Of a stretch of 64,000 nt of DNA, positions 56,403-64,000 are shown piece by piece. The first letter of the stretch is position 1, and each line of letters begins with the position of its first letter. The stretch comes from Candidatus Obscuribacterales bacterium. Its GTDB lineage: Bacteria > Cyanobacteriota > Vampirovibrionia > Obscuribacterales > Obscuribacteraceae. The position numbers were made by a program, and so were the translations under genes. The notes beneath the pieces were generated by a model that had not been told where the DNA came from, did no database searches, and saw nothing but the letters and a program-made list of their open reading frames with translations. Location: the NCBI GenBank assembly GCA_038322035.1, contig JBBQFO010000001.1:17366-81365 (forward strand), read 5' to 3'.

Positions 56403-58703
56403 ATGACAGCTGAAGTGAATAATCAAACTTCTGTCCATGAAGTTTATACCCGTACTTCCGTAGATAGTTCCGCATCGAATGACCATCTCCTGGCCTCAAG
56501 CGGTTATCAGGCACCGAAGCCTGGTTATCTCGACTCAGATATACAGCCACCGCCGCCAACACCAACGGGAATCAATGAGTATTCAGGCGATCCTAATTCG
56601 AATACAGCACAACCTTCAGTTGATACTGCATTTAGTGGCGCCGCGACGCCAGCGCCGGGAGCCTGGCGAGCCAGTCCATTTCTGAATGGTGCAGATAGCG
56701 CATTGGCTACACAATCGACGACTGCCGGAAGCAAGGCGACAGCGGACGCTGCAGGCGACGGACAGTCCGCTAATCAACCATGGAAAGGGGCACCGTACCA
56801 GATAGGTGCAGACTTGCCGCTGGCGAACCCTGCGCCTGCTCAAACCGGCGATCCAAATGCAGTTCAGCAGCAATGGCATCCCAAACCAGGGCCGAGTTGG
56901 AGCAGTCCAGGACCAGCTCCTGTCTCCGATGGATTGGGCGGCACTGGCACTACGCCCCAAGGCAACAGTCTAATCAGCTCTTCTCTTCAAGCCAATATAC
57001 AGCAGAGTCTAGTACCTCATTATGGCTTTGATGGATTGAGTGGACAGCTTGGTTATTTGAGCATGGGAGGCGTTGGTGGTGCTATCGGAAAAACAGTGCT
57101 TTCCAGCGTTCTGAACAGGAATGCTTGGTGGTTAGCCAATACCAGTGGCGATCTGTCACTTGGTCTTGCGCCTAAACCAGATTTTGGACCGACGGAAACA
57201 TCAGGCAAACTTGGAGATTTGCGCAGCGGCTTCATTGAAGGAGCCGCTTTTGCCGCTTTGTCATCTGGAATTTTGGATAATTCCCTTGACCGTTTCTTTA
57301 ATCAAAAGGATCACAAAGATAGCTGGTTCTTATCGGGATTGGCTGTGCCAATGGCCTTTTCCTCATCTGCTGATCTGAAAACCAAGATTATGTTAGGTGT
57401 GGGCAGTATCGTTGTAAGCAAAGGTTTAGACAGCTTGCTTCCTGCAAGTGACCACAAAGCGATTAGTCAAATATTTGCTCCCACTGGGATTGAGGCTGTG
57501 TCTATGGGAGCTGCTTGGGCGCTTCCAGCTCCAGCTGATTTGAAATTGCCTATTGTTGGTGGCACCTGGTTATTTAACAGAATGATTAACCTCGATGCAG
57601 GAGACTCATTAGCAGTATCCGGTGTAATTGCTGCTGGCGGTTTACTGCTGAAGGGGCTCAAGGTGGCCGAAAGTCTGCCTGTGTTGCCGTTTTTAGCACT
57701 CGATGGAGCGATTTGGCTGGGCAGCAGGCTCTTGCATAAAGATCAGCCTGACGACCAGGCCATAAACGAAGCTGCAAACAGATTGGTGTCTGAAGACAAG
57801 TCCACCCGAAGCGCGAAATCAATGACCGATGCTATTGATAAATATGTTCAGTTGGGCAACGACAAAGAGTTTGTGCTCAGAGCTTATTACGAAGAGTATC
57901 TAACTAAAACCAACTCTCAATTTGACGATATGCTGACGGCATATCGTGGTGCCATGATTCTGGGCACTTCTTTTGGTGAAAGCAGATTGAGCCACGGCAC
58001 CACAATACTTCCTGCGGAAAAGCCGACATACATATTGGCTGATCAAAATCTGGATTTAGGAGGGCAAGCGTTGAGAGGATTGATTATCGCCAACGTCAAT
58101 GCCGAGCGCGCGAAACTTGAGACTTTAAAATTAGTCGGTCAATCCAATCATGGTTCCAAAGTTGATAAATCTGAAGTCGATGGTATTACTCAGATTCAAG
58201 CGAGAACAAATGCTGATATCGCCAAGATTTATGGCAAGCATGATCTGACCAAAGCACTTTCAGATCTGACTGACTTTCAGAAGAGTAATCAGATGGGATT
58301 TGCGAAGTTAGAAATCGATCTGGTTTCAGGACTCTCATCAAACAGGCAGAGTGAGCCTCAATTTCAAGCCAAACTGTTTAGAGACTATGCTCTACTTTGT
58401 CTTACATATGCTTCCGTAAGCGCAGAAAAGTCATCTGATAACGCCGCAGCAGTTCTGTATGGAAGTGATAGCGGACGGCAAATTCCATATCCCGATGGAG
58501 CTCCTCGTGGCTTTGACGGAGCACTCGATGCAATTAAACTTGCCGCGCAGCTTGCTCCAGATAATCCGGACAATCAACAATTGCAAGCGATTGCAGCTGA
58601 TTTGGAAAAGCGAATTCCGGCAGCCCAACAAGTTCAGGATGCTAATCCTTTGTACAATCCACTCGCGATCACGGACTCGAGTAACACCTTCAAATATTCG
58701 TAA
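56403..58703 (+). CDS. Large hypothetical protein: disordered Pro/Gly/Ala-rich N-terminus, hydrophobic Gly-rich central segments, helical C-terminal domain
   Basis: 766-aa ORF. Hydrophobic segments 'GAAFAALSSGIL','FLSGLAVPMAF','IMLGVGSIVV','LAVSGVIAAGGLLL','LPVLPFLALDGAIWLG'. No catalytic motif recognised. Confidence 0.6.
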   Translation: MTAEVNNQTSVHEVYTRTSVDSSASNDHLLASSGYQAPKPGYLDSDIQPPPPTPTGINEYSGDPNSNTAQPSVDTAFSGAATPAPGAWRASPFLNGADSALATQSTTAGSKATADAAGDGQSANQPWKGAPYQIGADLPLANPAPAQTGDPNAVQQQWHPKPGPSWSSPGPAPVSDGLGGTGTTPQGNSLISSSLQANIQQSLVPHYGFDGLSGQLGYLSMGGVGGAIGKTVLSSVLNRNAWWLANTSGDLSLGLAPKPDFGPTETSGKLGDLRSGFIEGAAFAALSSGILDNSLDRFFNQKDHKDSWFLSGLAVPMAFSSSADLKTKIMLGVGSIVVSKGLDSLLPASDHKAISQIFAPTGIEAVSMGAAWALPAPADLKLPIVGGTWLFNRMINLDAGDSLAVSGVIAAGGLLLKGLKVAESLPVLPFLALDGAIWLGSRLLHKDQPDDQAINEAANRLVSEDKSTRSAKSMTDAIDKYVQLGNDKEFVLRAYYEEYLTKTNSQFDDMLTAYRGAMILGTSFGESRLSHGTTILPAEKPTYILADQNLDLGGQALRGLIIANVNAERAKLETLKLVGQSNHGSKVDKSEVDGITQIQARTNADIAKIYGKHDLTKALSDLTDFQKSNQMGFAKLEIDLVSGLSSNRQSEPQFQAKLFRDYALLCLTYASVSAEKSSDNAAAVLYGSDSGRQIPYPDGAPRGFDGALDAIKLAAQLAPDNPDNQQLQAIAADLEKRIPAAQQVQDANPLYNPLAITDSSNTFKYS

Positions 58704-58818
58704 AGGCACGAATAAGCTCCGTTGTATGATTTGCGCGTGCAGATAATCTTCGCTGACTTGCCCTATCGAGGATCTTCGAGATCTGCTTGTTTGCTCAGTT
58801 TCGGACCTTGGTAGTGGC

Positions 58819-58856
58819 TATGATATTATATCGTAAACGCACCATATTTAATATCA
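58819..58856. repeat. Conserved 38-nt AT-rich intergenic motif, copy A
   Basis: tatgatattAtatcgtaAaCgcaccAtatttaatatca is identical at 34/38 positions to 63388-63425. Its termini form the inverted repeat TGATATT...AATATCA. Upstream 'ttggtag' is also shared. Confidence 0.8.
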
Positions 58857-59068
58857 GACTGGTTAGGCGCCGAGATTTTGATCAAGGGTGTTATGTTGTG
58901 CCAAACCTAGAATTGCCGGTGAGTTCAGATAACGTCACGGTTCAAGCGGCCGTGGTAACGAACGGTGGTATTTTTCAACCACCGTTGTCGTTAACACGCG
59001 CATCACGGCATTTAGGGATCAAGTCCTGGGTTCAGGCTGATCCCTTGGTTTGCCCTCGGATACGATTC

Positions 59069-59998
59069 TCAGACGTTGAGCAGTCGAGCGCGAGATAGCA
59101 GGGTCTCAGGCATCTGCGACCAATCGCTGACAACAATATGCGCTCCGCGATTGAGCAGCTTGAGCGAGTGCAGCTCCTGCTCTTCTTCTGACACGGAGCC
59201 ACTGTAGCCGAGGATGATTCCGATATTGGCACCAGAGGCCGACTCGACTCCAGCACCTGAATCTTCTGTCGCGGCGCAGCGATTGGGATCGCGCCCCAGA
59301 ATTTCCGCCGCTTTCTTATAGACCAGAGCGTTCGGCTTTGAAGAGCCAAATTCTGCCGCGCTGAAGCGCATGGTCCGCGGGAAATATTCATCCAGCCCGA
59401 GCAGAAGAACTGACAGATTGATTCGATCCAGCGCACTGCTGGATACGATGGCTTGTTCGAAACCAACAGCCTGGCAGGCTATTATGAAGTTTCGGCTTCC
59501 CGGCGTCGGCACAATACCGCGGCATCTGAAGTTACGCATTACCATGCGCTTCTCCAGTCGGACGTAATAGTCGAGCTCCGCTTGGGAGAGATCAAAACCA
59601 TGTTGCGTCTGCAACAAGGTGGCCATGCCTTTGAAATTAAATCCGACGAACTCTCGCATCAGGCCCTCTGGCTCGAAGCGGCGCAACACACCTTTGCGCT
59701 TGCAGAGACGATTGACGACCATAGAGCATCCCTCGAAGGCCGGTGTCTCCGTGAGGCCAAGGTTGTTATCCATGTCGTGCAACAGCGTCGGCACCTTTCT
59801 GACAACCTCGAGCAGCATCAGAAGATGCTCCACAGGCATAATTCCTGTGTTGGCGCAGTCGATGATTTGAGCGATGTTTGATTGTGGAACCAGCGCTGCA
59901 GCAGCGCGCAATTTACGTTTGTCCAATTGAGAAATCATGTTGTTCAGTCCCTGACTTTCAGTGAATTTGGTTGGAGGCAAAAGAGAGAGCAGCGCCAT
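59069..59998 (-). CDS. HAD-superfamily hydrolase-like protein with atypical motif I
   Basis: Motif II 'AIVSSS', motif III 'SSKPNALVY', motif IV 'ATEDSGAGVESASGAN'. Motif I is 'IIDCANTG' (DxAxT instead of DxDxT). Confidence 0.65.
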   Translation of the reverse strand: MALLSLLPPTKFTESQGLNNMISQLDKRKLRAAAALVPQSNIAQIIDCANTGIMPVEHLLMLLEVVRKVPTLLHDMDNNLGLTETPAFEGCSMVVNRLCKRKGVLRRFEPEGLMREFVGFNFKGMATLLQTQHGFDLSQAELDYYVRLEKRMVMRNFRCRGIVPTPGSRNFIIACQAVGFEQAIVSSSALDRINLSVLLLGLDEYFPRTMRFSAAEFGSSKPNALVYKKAAEILGRDPNRCAATEDSGAGVESASGANIGIILGYSGSVSEEEQELHSLKLLNRGAHIVVSDWSQMPETLLSRARLLNV

Positions 59999-60073
59999 GC
60001 CCTTTTAATTCAGGCAAAGCTGGCAGGGCACCAATTACAGTGCCCTCTTTGTGTTGAAGCAGTGATTACGTTT

Positions 60074-61669
60074 TCATTTCGGCGCGAGGTCAGCAGCACT
60101 CCGGGCTAGGAGATTGCAGATCGCAGTCTTGGTGTCGCCAGTGGTGAGCTGGAGTAACGCCCAGGTGAGTTCGGAAAGGAAACCTTCCTTGCTTGCCATG
60201 ACTACGAATCGGTTGTCGCTGCAAATTTCACCGATGGTGCGCAGAAGGTGGGCAAGGGCGTGATGGCTATGATCCGGGGACCGTGTCCAAGCCAGTAACT
60301 GGTGATAGACGATGGAGAGTTTCGGCAGTTCTTTGTCATCCTGCTCGAAGCTGTTACCCAATTCGTCAGAGCAACCCATGTTGAGAAGCCAACATGCAAA
60401 TACGAACGTCGGAGCTTTCAGCACTTTTGCCCCATCTGTAATTTCGAGCGCACGTTCCACCGCATAGGCGATGCGCTCGGAGGCCTTGCTTGTTCCTCTT
60501 GCACCGACACGGCGGATCGTGTCCATCGGAGCGCTGTCCCGGAAGCGCTGCTGAATCTTTGCTCCGTATTCAGCCATCAACTGGTCGCCGAGGATCACGC
60601 CTAATTCTCGGTGGAAGAGTTCGAGCAGGGCTCCCACTTCGGCAATCAGTACCGCTTCGTGGATGAAGGTCGCACCGAGTCGCGGCCCAACCATAGCAGG
60701 CACCTGATGGGCGGCATTTAGGCCTAAGAATTTCAGTTCCCAGTACGAACTGATGTCATCCACCGTCTCGACACCGACGTCACTCCAATCGGGCATATCG
60801 AAACGACCAAGCTCAACCACGAACTGTTTGAACTTCTCAGTGCCAACCACAACCGGGGCATCGAAGCCGATTAATTCTGCGGTCTCCTTGCGGAAGGCGT
60901 TGGTCACTTCCGGTGTAATCCGGTCGACCAAGGTCGTTAACCAGTCCACATTGTCGTTGATCCACTCAATCAATTCCGCGCTGCTCTCGGTAGCCGCCTC
61001 GATGTATTGCAAGAGGGCGGTTTTGAGAGACTTTGAGTTCTGCGGAACATTGTCCAGAGATAAAATCGTCAGTGGGCTCGGAATGCCGCTTGCCAGCGCT
61101 TCAGCCTTCCGTTGTGCGAGACCTGCCATCAAATACCAGTGAACCGTCAGTGGTGCGTCGGTGCCGACGCGATTCTCGATCTGGAAGTCGAGGTCATGAA
61201 CCACTTCGTGCTTCGATGTATCGAGGGTCCCGTGTGCGTCGCTCACACAATACCCTTTATTTGTTACGGTCATAGAGACAATCTTGGTGCTTGCCGCTGC
61301 AATGGCATTGACTAGGGCGAGTGGGTTTTCCGGTGCGTAGATAGTTCCCACGATCGGTGCCAGCACTTGTGTGCTACGTTCAGTTCCTTCTCGCTCGACT
61401 AGGACAATTCGATTGTTCGCATTGCGAAGAGCCATGATGGTGCCGGGCGAACGCAATGAAGCAACGACGATGCCCCAGCGCAGATCGCCGGTTTTCGCCA
61501 TATATTCGTTGACGTATGCCGCCAGATGCGCGGCGAAAAAGCCTCCAGGCCCGATGTGAGTAATGCCAGGATGAACATCCGCAGTTTCATAGCCTGCAGG
61601 CTTGACGTGACTCGGCAGATTGTCGAAACCGAAGTCCGGGGTGGTTCGGATCAGAGCAGTCGGTGGCAT
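60074..61669 (-). CDS. Mannitol dehydrogenase family oxidoreductase (mannitol-2-DH / fructuronate / mannonate reductase type)
   Basis: 'THIGPGGFFAAHLA', 'TVTNKGY', 'ILSLDNVPQNS', and the signature 'LVDRITP'. Confidence 0.85.
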   Translation of the reverse strand: MPPTALIRTTPDFGFDNLPSHVKPAGYETADVHPGITHIGPGGFFAAHLAAYVNEYMAKTGDLRWGIVVASLRSPGTIMALRNANNRIVLVEREGTERSTQVLAPIVGTIYAPENPLALVNAIAAASTKIVSMTVTNKGYCVSDAHGTLDTSKHEVVHDLDFQIENRVGTDAPLTVHWYLMAGLAQRKAEALASGIPSPLTILSLDNVPQNSKSLKTALLQYIEAATESSAELIEWINDNVDWLTTLVDRITPEVTNAFRKETAELIGFDAPVVVGTEKFKQFVVELGRFDMPDWSDVGVETVDDISSYWELKFLGLNAAHQVPAMVGPRLGATFIHEAVLIAEVGALLELFHRELGVILGDQLMAEYGAKIQQRFRDSAPMDTIRRVGARGTSKASERIAYAVERALEITDGAKVLKAPTFVFACWLLNMGCSDELGNSFEQDDKELPKLSIVYHQLLAWTRSPDHSHHALAHLLRTIGEICSDNRFVVMASKEGFLSELTWALLQLTTGDTKTAICNLLARSAADLAPK

Positions 61670-62115
61670 AGATTTGTTCTCTCTTTCTTTTTTACCTTTG
61701 CTGGTTGATAAGAAACGAAGATTTGATGGACCAATGCGCGCAAAAACGAAATCAGCACCAACGCCGAACGCGGCATTTGGAGCACGACATCAATGCATAG
61801 ACATCACCATTGAACCGCCTGACGCGGTTCAATGGTGATGATTAATGGATTGATTTTCTGGGTGGATGTTTACTTGGAAAGGTTGAATGGATGGGTTGAT
61901 GGATAGGTGAAAGGTATCTGAACACTACTTTGACCGTCTGCGTGAAGTCAAGAAGCGAAAGGCAGCAGGTCTGCGCCTTTCTCGGGCACAGACCTGCTAT
62001 TCGTTCATTCAATTTGATAGGCGATTGAGCTTTTTACAGCTATAACAACGCGCGTGTCTAATGTAACTAGCTACTGGTAGCGCTGCTAGCTTCGGCAGTG
62101 TCACTGCAGATAGTG

Positions 62116-62856
62116 TCAGGCTTTATCGGATTCGAGTCGGTAGCCGACTGAGTGAATGGTTTTGAACATTGATTCCTTTCCAGGCTCATCAAGCTTGCGA
62201 CGAAGATTTTTGATGTAGGTGCGAATAGTGTCCGGTGATGCTTGAGCCTCTGACGCCCAAACGTTGTTCAGGATCTCCTCTGGGCTGAACACTTTGTCAG
62301 GGTGACGCATGAGGAATTCTAGCAAAGCAAATTCTCGCGGTAGTAAAGAAATTTCTGTGCCATTCTTTTTCAGTTTAAAAGTCCAAGAATCCAGTTCAAG
62401 ACTGCCAACCTTATGAATGAATCCCTTAAAAATACGTGGCCTTCTCAGCAACGCTCTAACACGTGCAGATAGTTCTCGAAGATTGAAAGGTTTGGTTAAG
62501 TAATCATCTGATCCAGAGTCCAAGCCCATTTCTTTCTCGTTGGCTTTTGATTTATTAGTCAGCATTATGATCAAGGAATTGCCGCGAGCCGCTCTAAATC
62601 GCTGGCATACTTCGAGTCCCGACACACCAGGCAACATCCAGTCCAGAATAATCAAATCGTAAGAGCGTTTTTGCAATGATTCCAGGGCTGATTCTCCTGA
62701 AGGAGCCACATCAACTTGATACGATTGTGATTGCAACCAGGCCCTAATAATTGAAGCCATTTCGGGCTCGTCTTCTACTAATAGAATTGATGGGGCATAT
62801 TCTCGCCCTTTATCGTCAACTATCTCGGTGCGGTTTTCGCTACAACTTGTATTCAC
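62116..62856 (-). CDS. OmpR-family response regulator (paralogue of 28472..29152)
   Basis: 'ILLVEDE', 'LIILDWMLPGVSG', 'LTKPF', 'LLPREFALLEFL...IHSVGYRLE'. GTG start. No cognate kinase is adjacent. Confidence 0.9.
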   Translation of the reverse strand: MNTSCSENRTEIVDDKGREYAPSILLVEDEPEMASIIRAWLQSQSYQVDVAPSGESALESLQKRSYDLIILDWMLPGVSGLEVCQRFRAARGNSLIIMLTNKSKANEKEMGLDSGSDDYLTKPFNLRELSARVRALLRRPRIFKGFIHKVGSLELDSWTFKLKKNGTEISLLPREFALLEFLMRHPDKVFSPEEILNNVWASEAQASPDTIRTYIKNLRRKLDEPGKESMFKTIHSVGYRLESDKA

Positions 62857-62970
62857 GTCATTTACCTCTGCGTCAATGTTTGATTGAGTTGCGCGAAGTG
62901 TCTCATCTGAACATGGAATAAATGTGGAAGAAAATCGTCAAGTGCGTCAGCGCATTCTCTATTTTGATTG

Positions 62971-63056
62971 CAAATGAAAACGGACCCTCTCAGGTCCGCC
63001 TTCTCCCCTAAAACTGTGTCGTCAACATCGTCAAGCTGAGTGTCTTCGACTGAAAA
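62971..63056 (-). ncRNA. Candidate small RNA or attenuator, unit 1 (ends in an intrinsic terminator)
   Basis: Minus strand: ...CAGTCGAAG...CGACACAGTTTTAGGGGAGAAGG-CGGACC-tgagag-GGTCCG-TTTTCATTTG. It is homologous to unit 2 block by block and ends 115 nt upstream of the regulator's start codon. Confidence 0.35.
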
Positions 63057-63200
63057 CAATTTGATTTCTCGTTGGTCAATTTCTTAAGTCTCAATATTAC
63101 AGTTCCACGTCCACACCGTATATGGTGACTTCCCGAGTTCCACTAATCATGCCGGTTTGCGTAGCTATTACAGGTGTGGGTAGTGCTAGTTGCCGTCGCT

Positions 63201-63284
63201 TAAATTGAAAACGGACCTTTTTCAAGGTCCGCTCTCTGCCCTAAATTTGTGTCGATTACTTTTTTGTGCGCCTTCGACTGAAGA
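63201..63284 (-). ncRNA. Candidate small RNA or attenuator, unit 2 (ends in an intrinsic terminator)
   Basis: Minus strand: ...CAGTCGAAG...CGACACAAATTTAGGGCAGAGAG-CGGACCTT-gaaa-AAGGTCCG-TTTTCAATTTA. Confidence 0.35.
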
Positions 63285-63387
63285 GAAGATAGTCGGGTTA
63301 CCTGGAATTTTTGTGGAAGAAGATATTCTCGCTTGGCGATTCAAGTTTTAGTTCTGTTTCTGATTGGTAGGGGCAAGGCTCCACTCT

Positions 63388-63425
63388 TATGATATTCTAT
63401 CGTATAAGCACCGTATTTAATATCA
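63388..63425. repeat. Conserved 38-nt AT-rich intergenic motif, copy B
   Basis: tatgatattCtatcgtaTaAgcaccGtatttaatatca; see copy A. It sits ~100 nt from candidate sRNA unit 2. Confidence 0.8.
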
Positions 63426-63563
63426 TCATCATCTGATAGTAGTTTGAATATGGGTGAGTGAGGTCTGCAAGCTGCAAGGACCTCACTCGTGGATCATTTA
63501 CTAGCCGGTGTAGCCAGTGGGTAATTCAAGGGAAGGCCATCTGAACCTCCTATATCTAAATCG

Positions 63564-64000
63564 TTAGTAAATGAAGAGGACCAAACCATCTGCGTGTGTA
63601 TGGTGAAGGTCCGATGTCAGCCCCCATTCGTTTAGCTGGCGTTGCAGAGTTGAAACCGATGCGACTTTGGCCATCCCTACTTGCACCACCCAGGGTGTGG
63701 TATCACCTTCAATCTGAGGTGCCTCCGCTCTGCACAACGAGGTGGAAGAGCAACGCTCAAAGAGACAATAATGCTGCTCGCCCAGCTCAATCAGCCGTCC
63801 AAGCGCTGCTCTCATTTGTTCCTGGTTGGCAGGCTGCAACTGAAGATCTCCTAGCCCTGACAGTTTTGCAATATAGGCGATTACTGCAATCGCATCGCTC
63901 TGAGCCTCAGTGTCGTCATCTGACAGTGGCAGATTTTTATGACGCAAGCGCTTCACAGACTCTATTGGCGCGGCGAAGACGATATTGAGTTGATCAAAAC
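63564..64000 (-). CDS. Hypothetical protein, 5'-truncated by window edge
   Basis: The minus-strand frame stays open from 63564 to the window end (no stop upstream of the GTG at 63956). Its composition is more protein-like than the overlapping plus-strand ORF 63596..63988. Confidence 0.4.
   Translation of the reverse strand, partial: FDQLNIVFAAPIESVKRLRHKNLPLSDDDTEAQSDAIAVIAYIAKLSGLGDLQLQPANQEQMRAALGRLIELGEQHYCLFERCSSTSLCRAEAPQIEGDTTPWVVQVGMAKVASVSTLQRQLNEWGLTSDLHHTHADGLVLFIY

Noticed and set aside
58787-59098. 103-aa plus-strand ORF in the convergent intergenic region after the 766-aa gene.
   Set aside because: It starts inside the conserved AT-rich motif, spans a hairpin, overlaps the 3' end of the HAD-like gene, and has no SD or recognisable fold. 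The region is more likely non-coding.
62862-63059. 65-aa minus-strand ORF covering candidate sRNA unit 1.
   Set aside because: It reads straight through the terminator hairpin. It is not conserved in the paralogous unit 2, which has no equivalent frame.
63596-63988. 130-aa plus-strand ORF overlapping the terminal minus-strand ORF.
   Set aside because: It is Arg/Pro/Ala/Leu-rich mirror-frame composition. The minus frame is open to the window edge and looks more protein-like. Confidence is still low for either.
1-64000. rRNA, tRNA, tmRNA or RNase P genes in the larger intergenic regions (690-1042, 10231-10640, 19602-20766, 31929-32800, 37856-38890).
   Set aside because: No cloverleaf-compatible segments with T-loop (GTTCRANNC) or other diagnostic conserved boxes were found on either strand.

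Overview
64-kb chromosomal window from an unidentified, mid-GC bacterium. I recognised no rRNA, tRNA, CRISPR array, transposase or integrase gene. About 50 protein-coding genes are supportable.

- **1-12.9 kb:** signal-transduction and envelope genes. These include a 1159-aa hybrid histidine kinase with two kinase cores, a PAS histidine kinase and a TadG-like large secreted protein.
- **13.1-19.6 kb:** a co-directional cluster of S41 peptidase, ABCD-type ABC transporter and fused M16 peptidase.
- **20.8-26.8 kb:** a Bat-like vWA-TPR-vWA-MoxR-DUF58-BatD-like operon. It is followed by a protein carrying nine 27-bp tandem repeats (PEKPPTCPP).
- **32.8-37.9 kb:** an excisionase-type HTH gene and a 1356-aa polytopic membrane protein.
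- **38.8-52.2 kb (most interesting block):** a PncA-type nicotinamidase-like gene and a TerY-P-type triad (vWA, PP2C phosphatase, Ser/Thr kinase) lie on the + strand. They converge on a seven-gene minus-strand operon: NadD, a NAPRT/NAMPT-family phosphoribosyltransferase, an unusually long Prs-like enzyme, glutamine-dependent NadE, an isochorismatase-like::Nudix fusion, a 94-aa protein and an isochorismatase. By family biochemistry these could rebuild NAD+ from nicotinamide plus ADP-ribose. I read this as a candidate NAD-linked conflict/repair island, which is inference from linkage only.
- **52.4-64 kb:** an HPt-REC-REC-GGDEF protein, several lineage-specific hypothetical proteins, a HAD-like hydrolase, a mannitol-dehydrogenase-family enzyme and an orphan OmpR-type regulator. 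The regulator is preceded by two tandem ~85-nt repeat units that each end in a terminator (candidate sRNAs or attenuators). A conserved 38-nt AT-rich intergenic motif occurs at least twice.

Many ORF-track starts look too long. Where a Shine-Dalgarno-supported internal start is visible, I give that instead.
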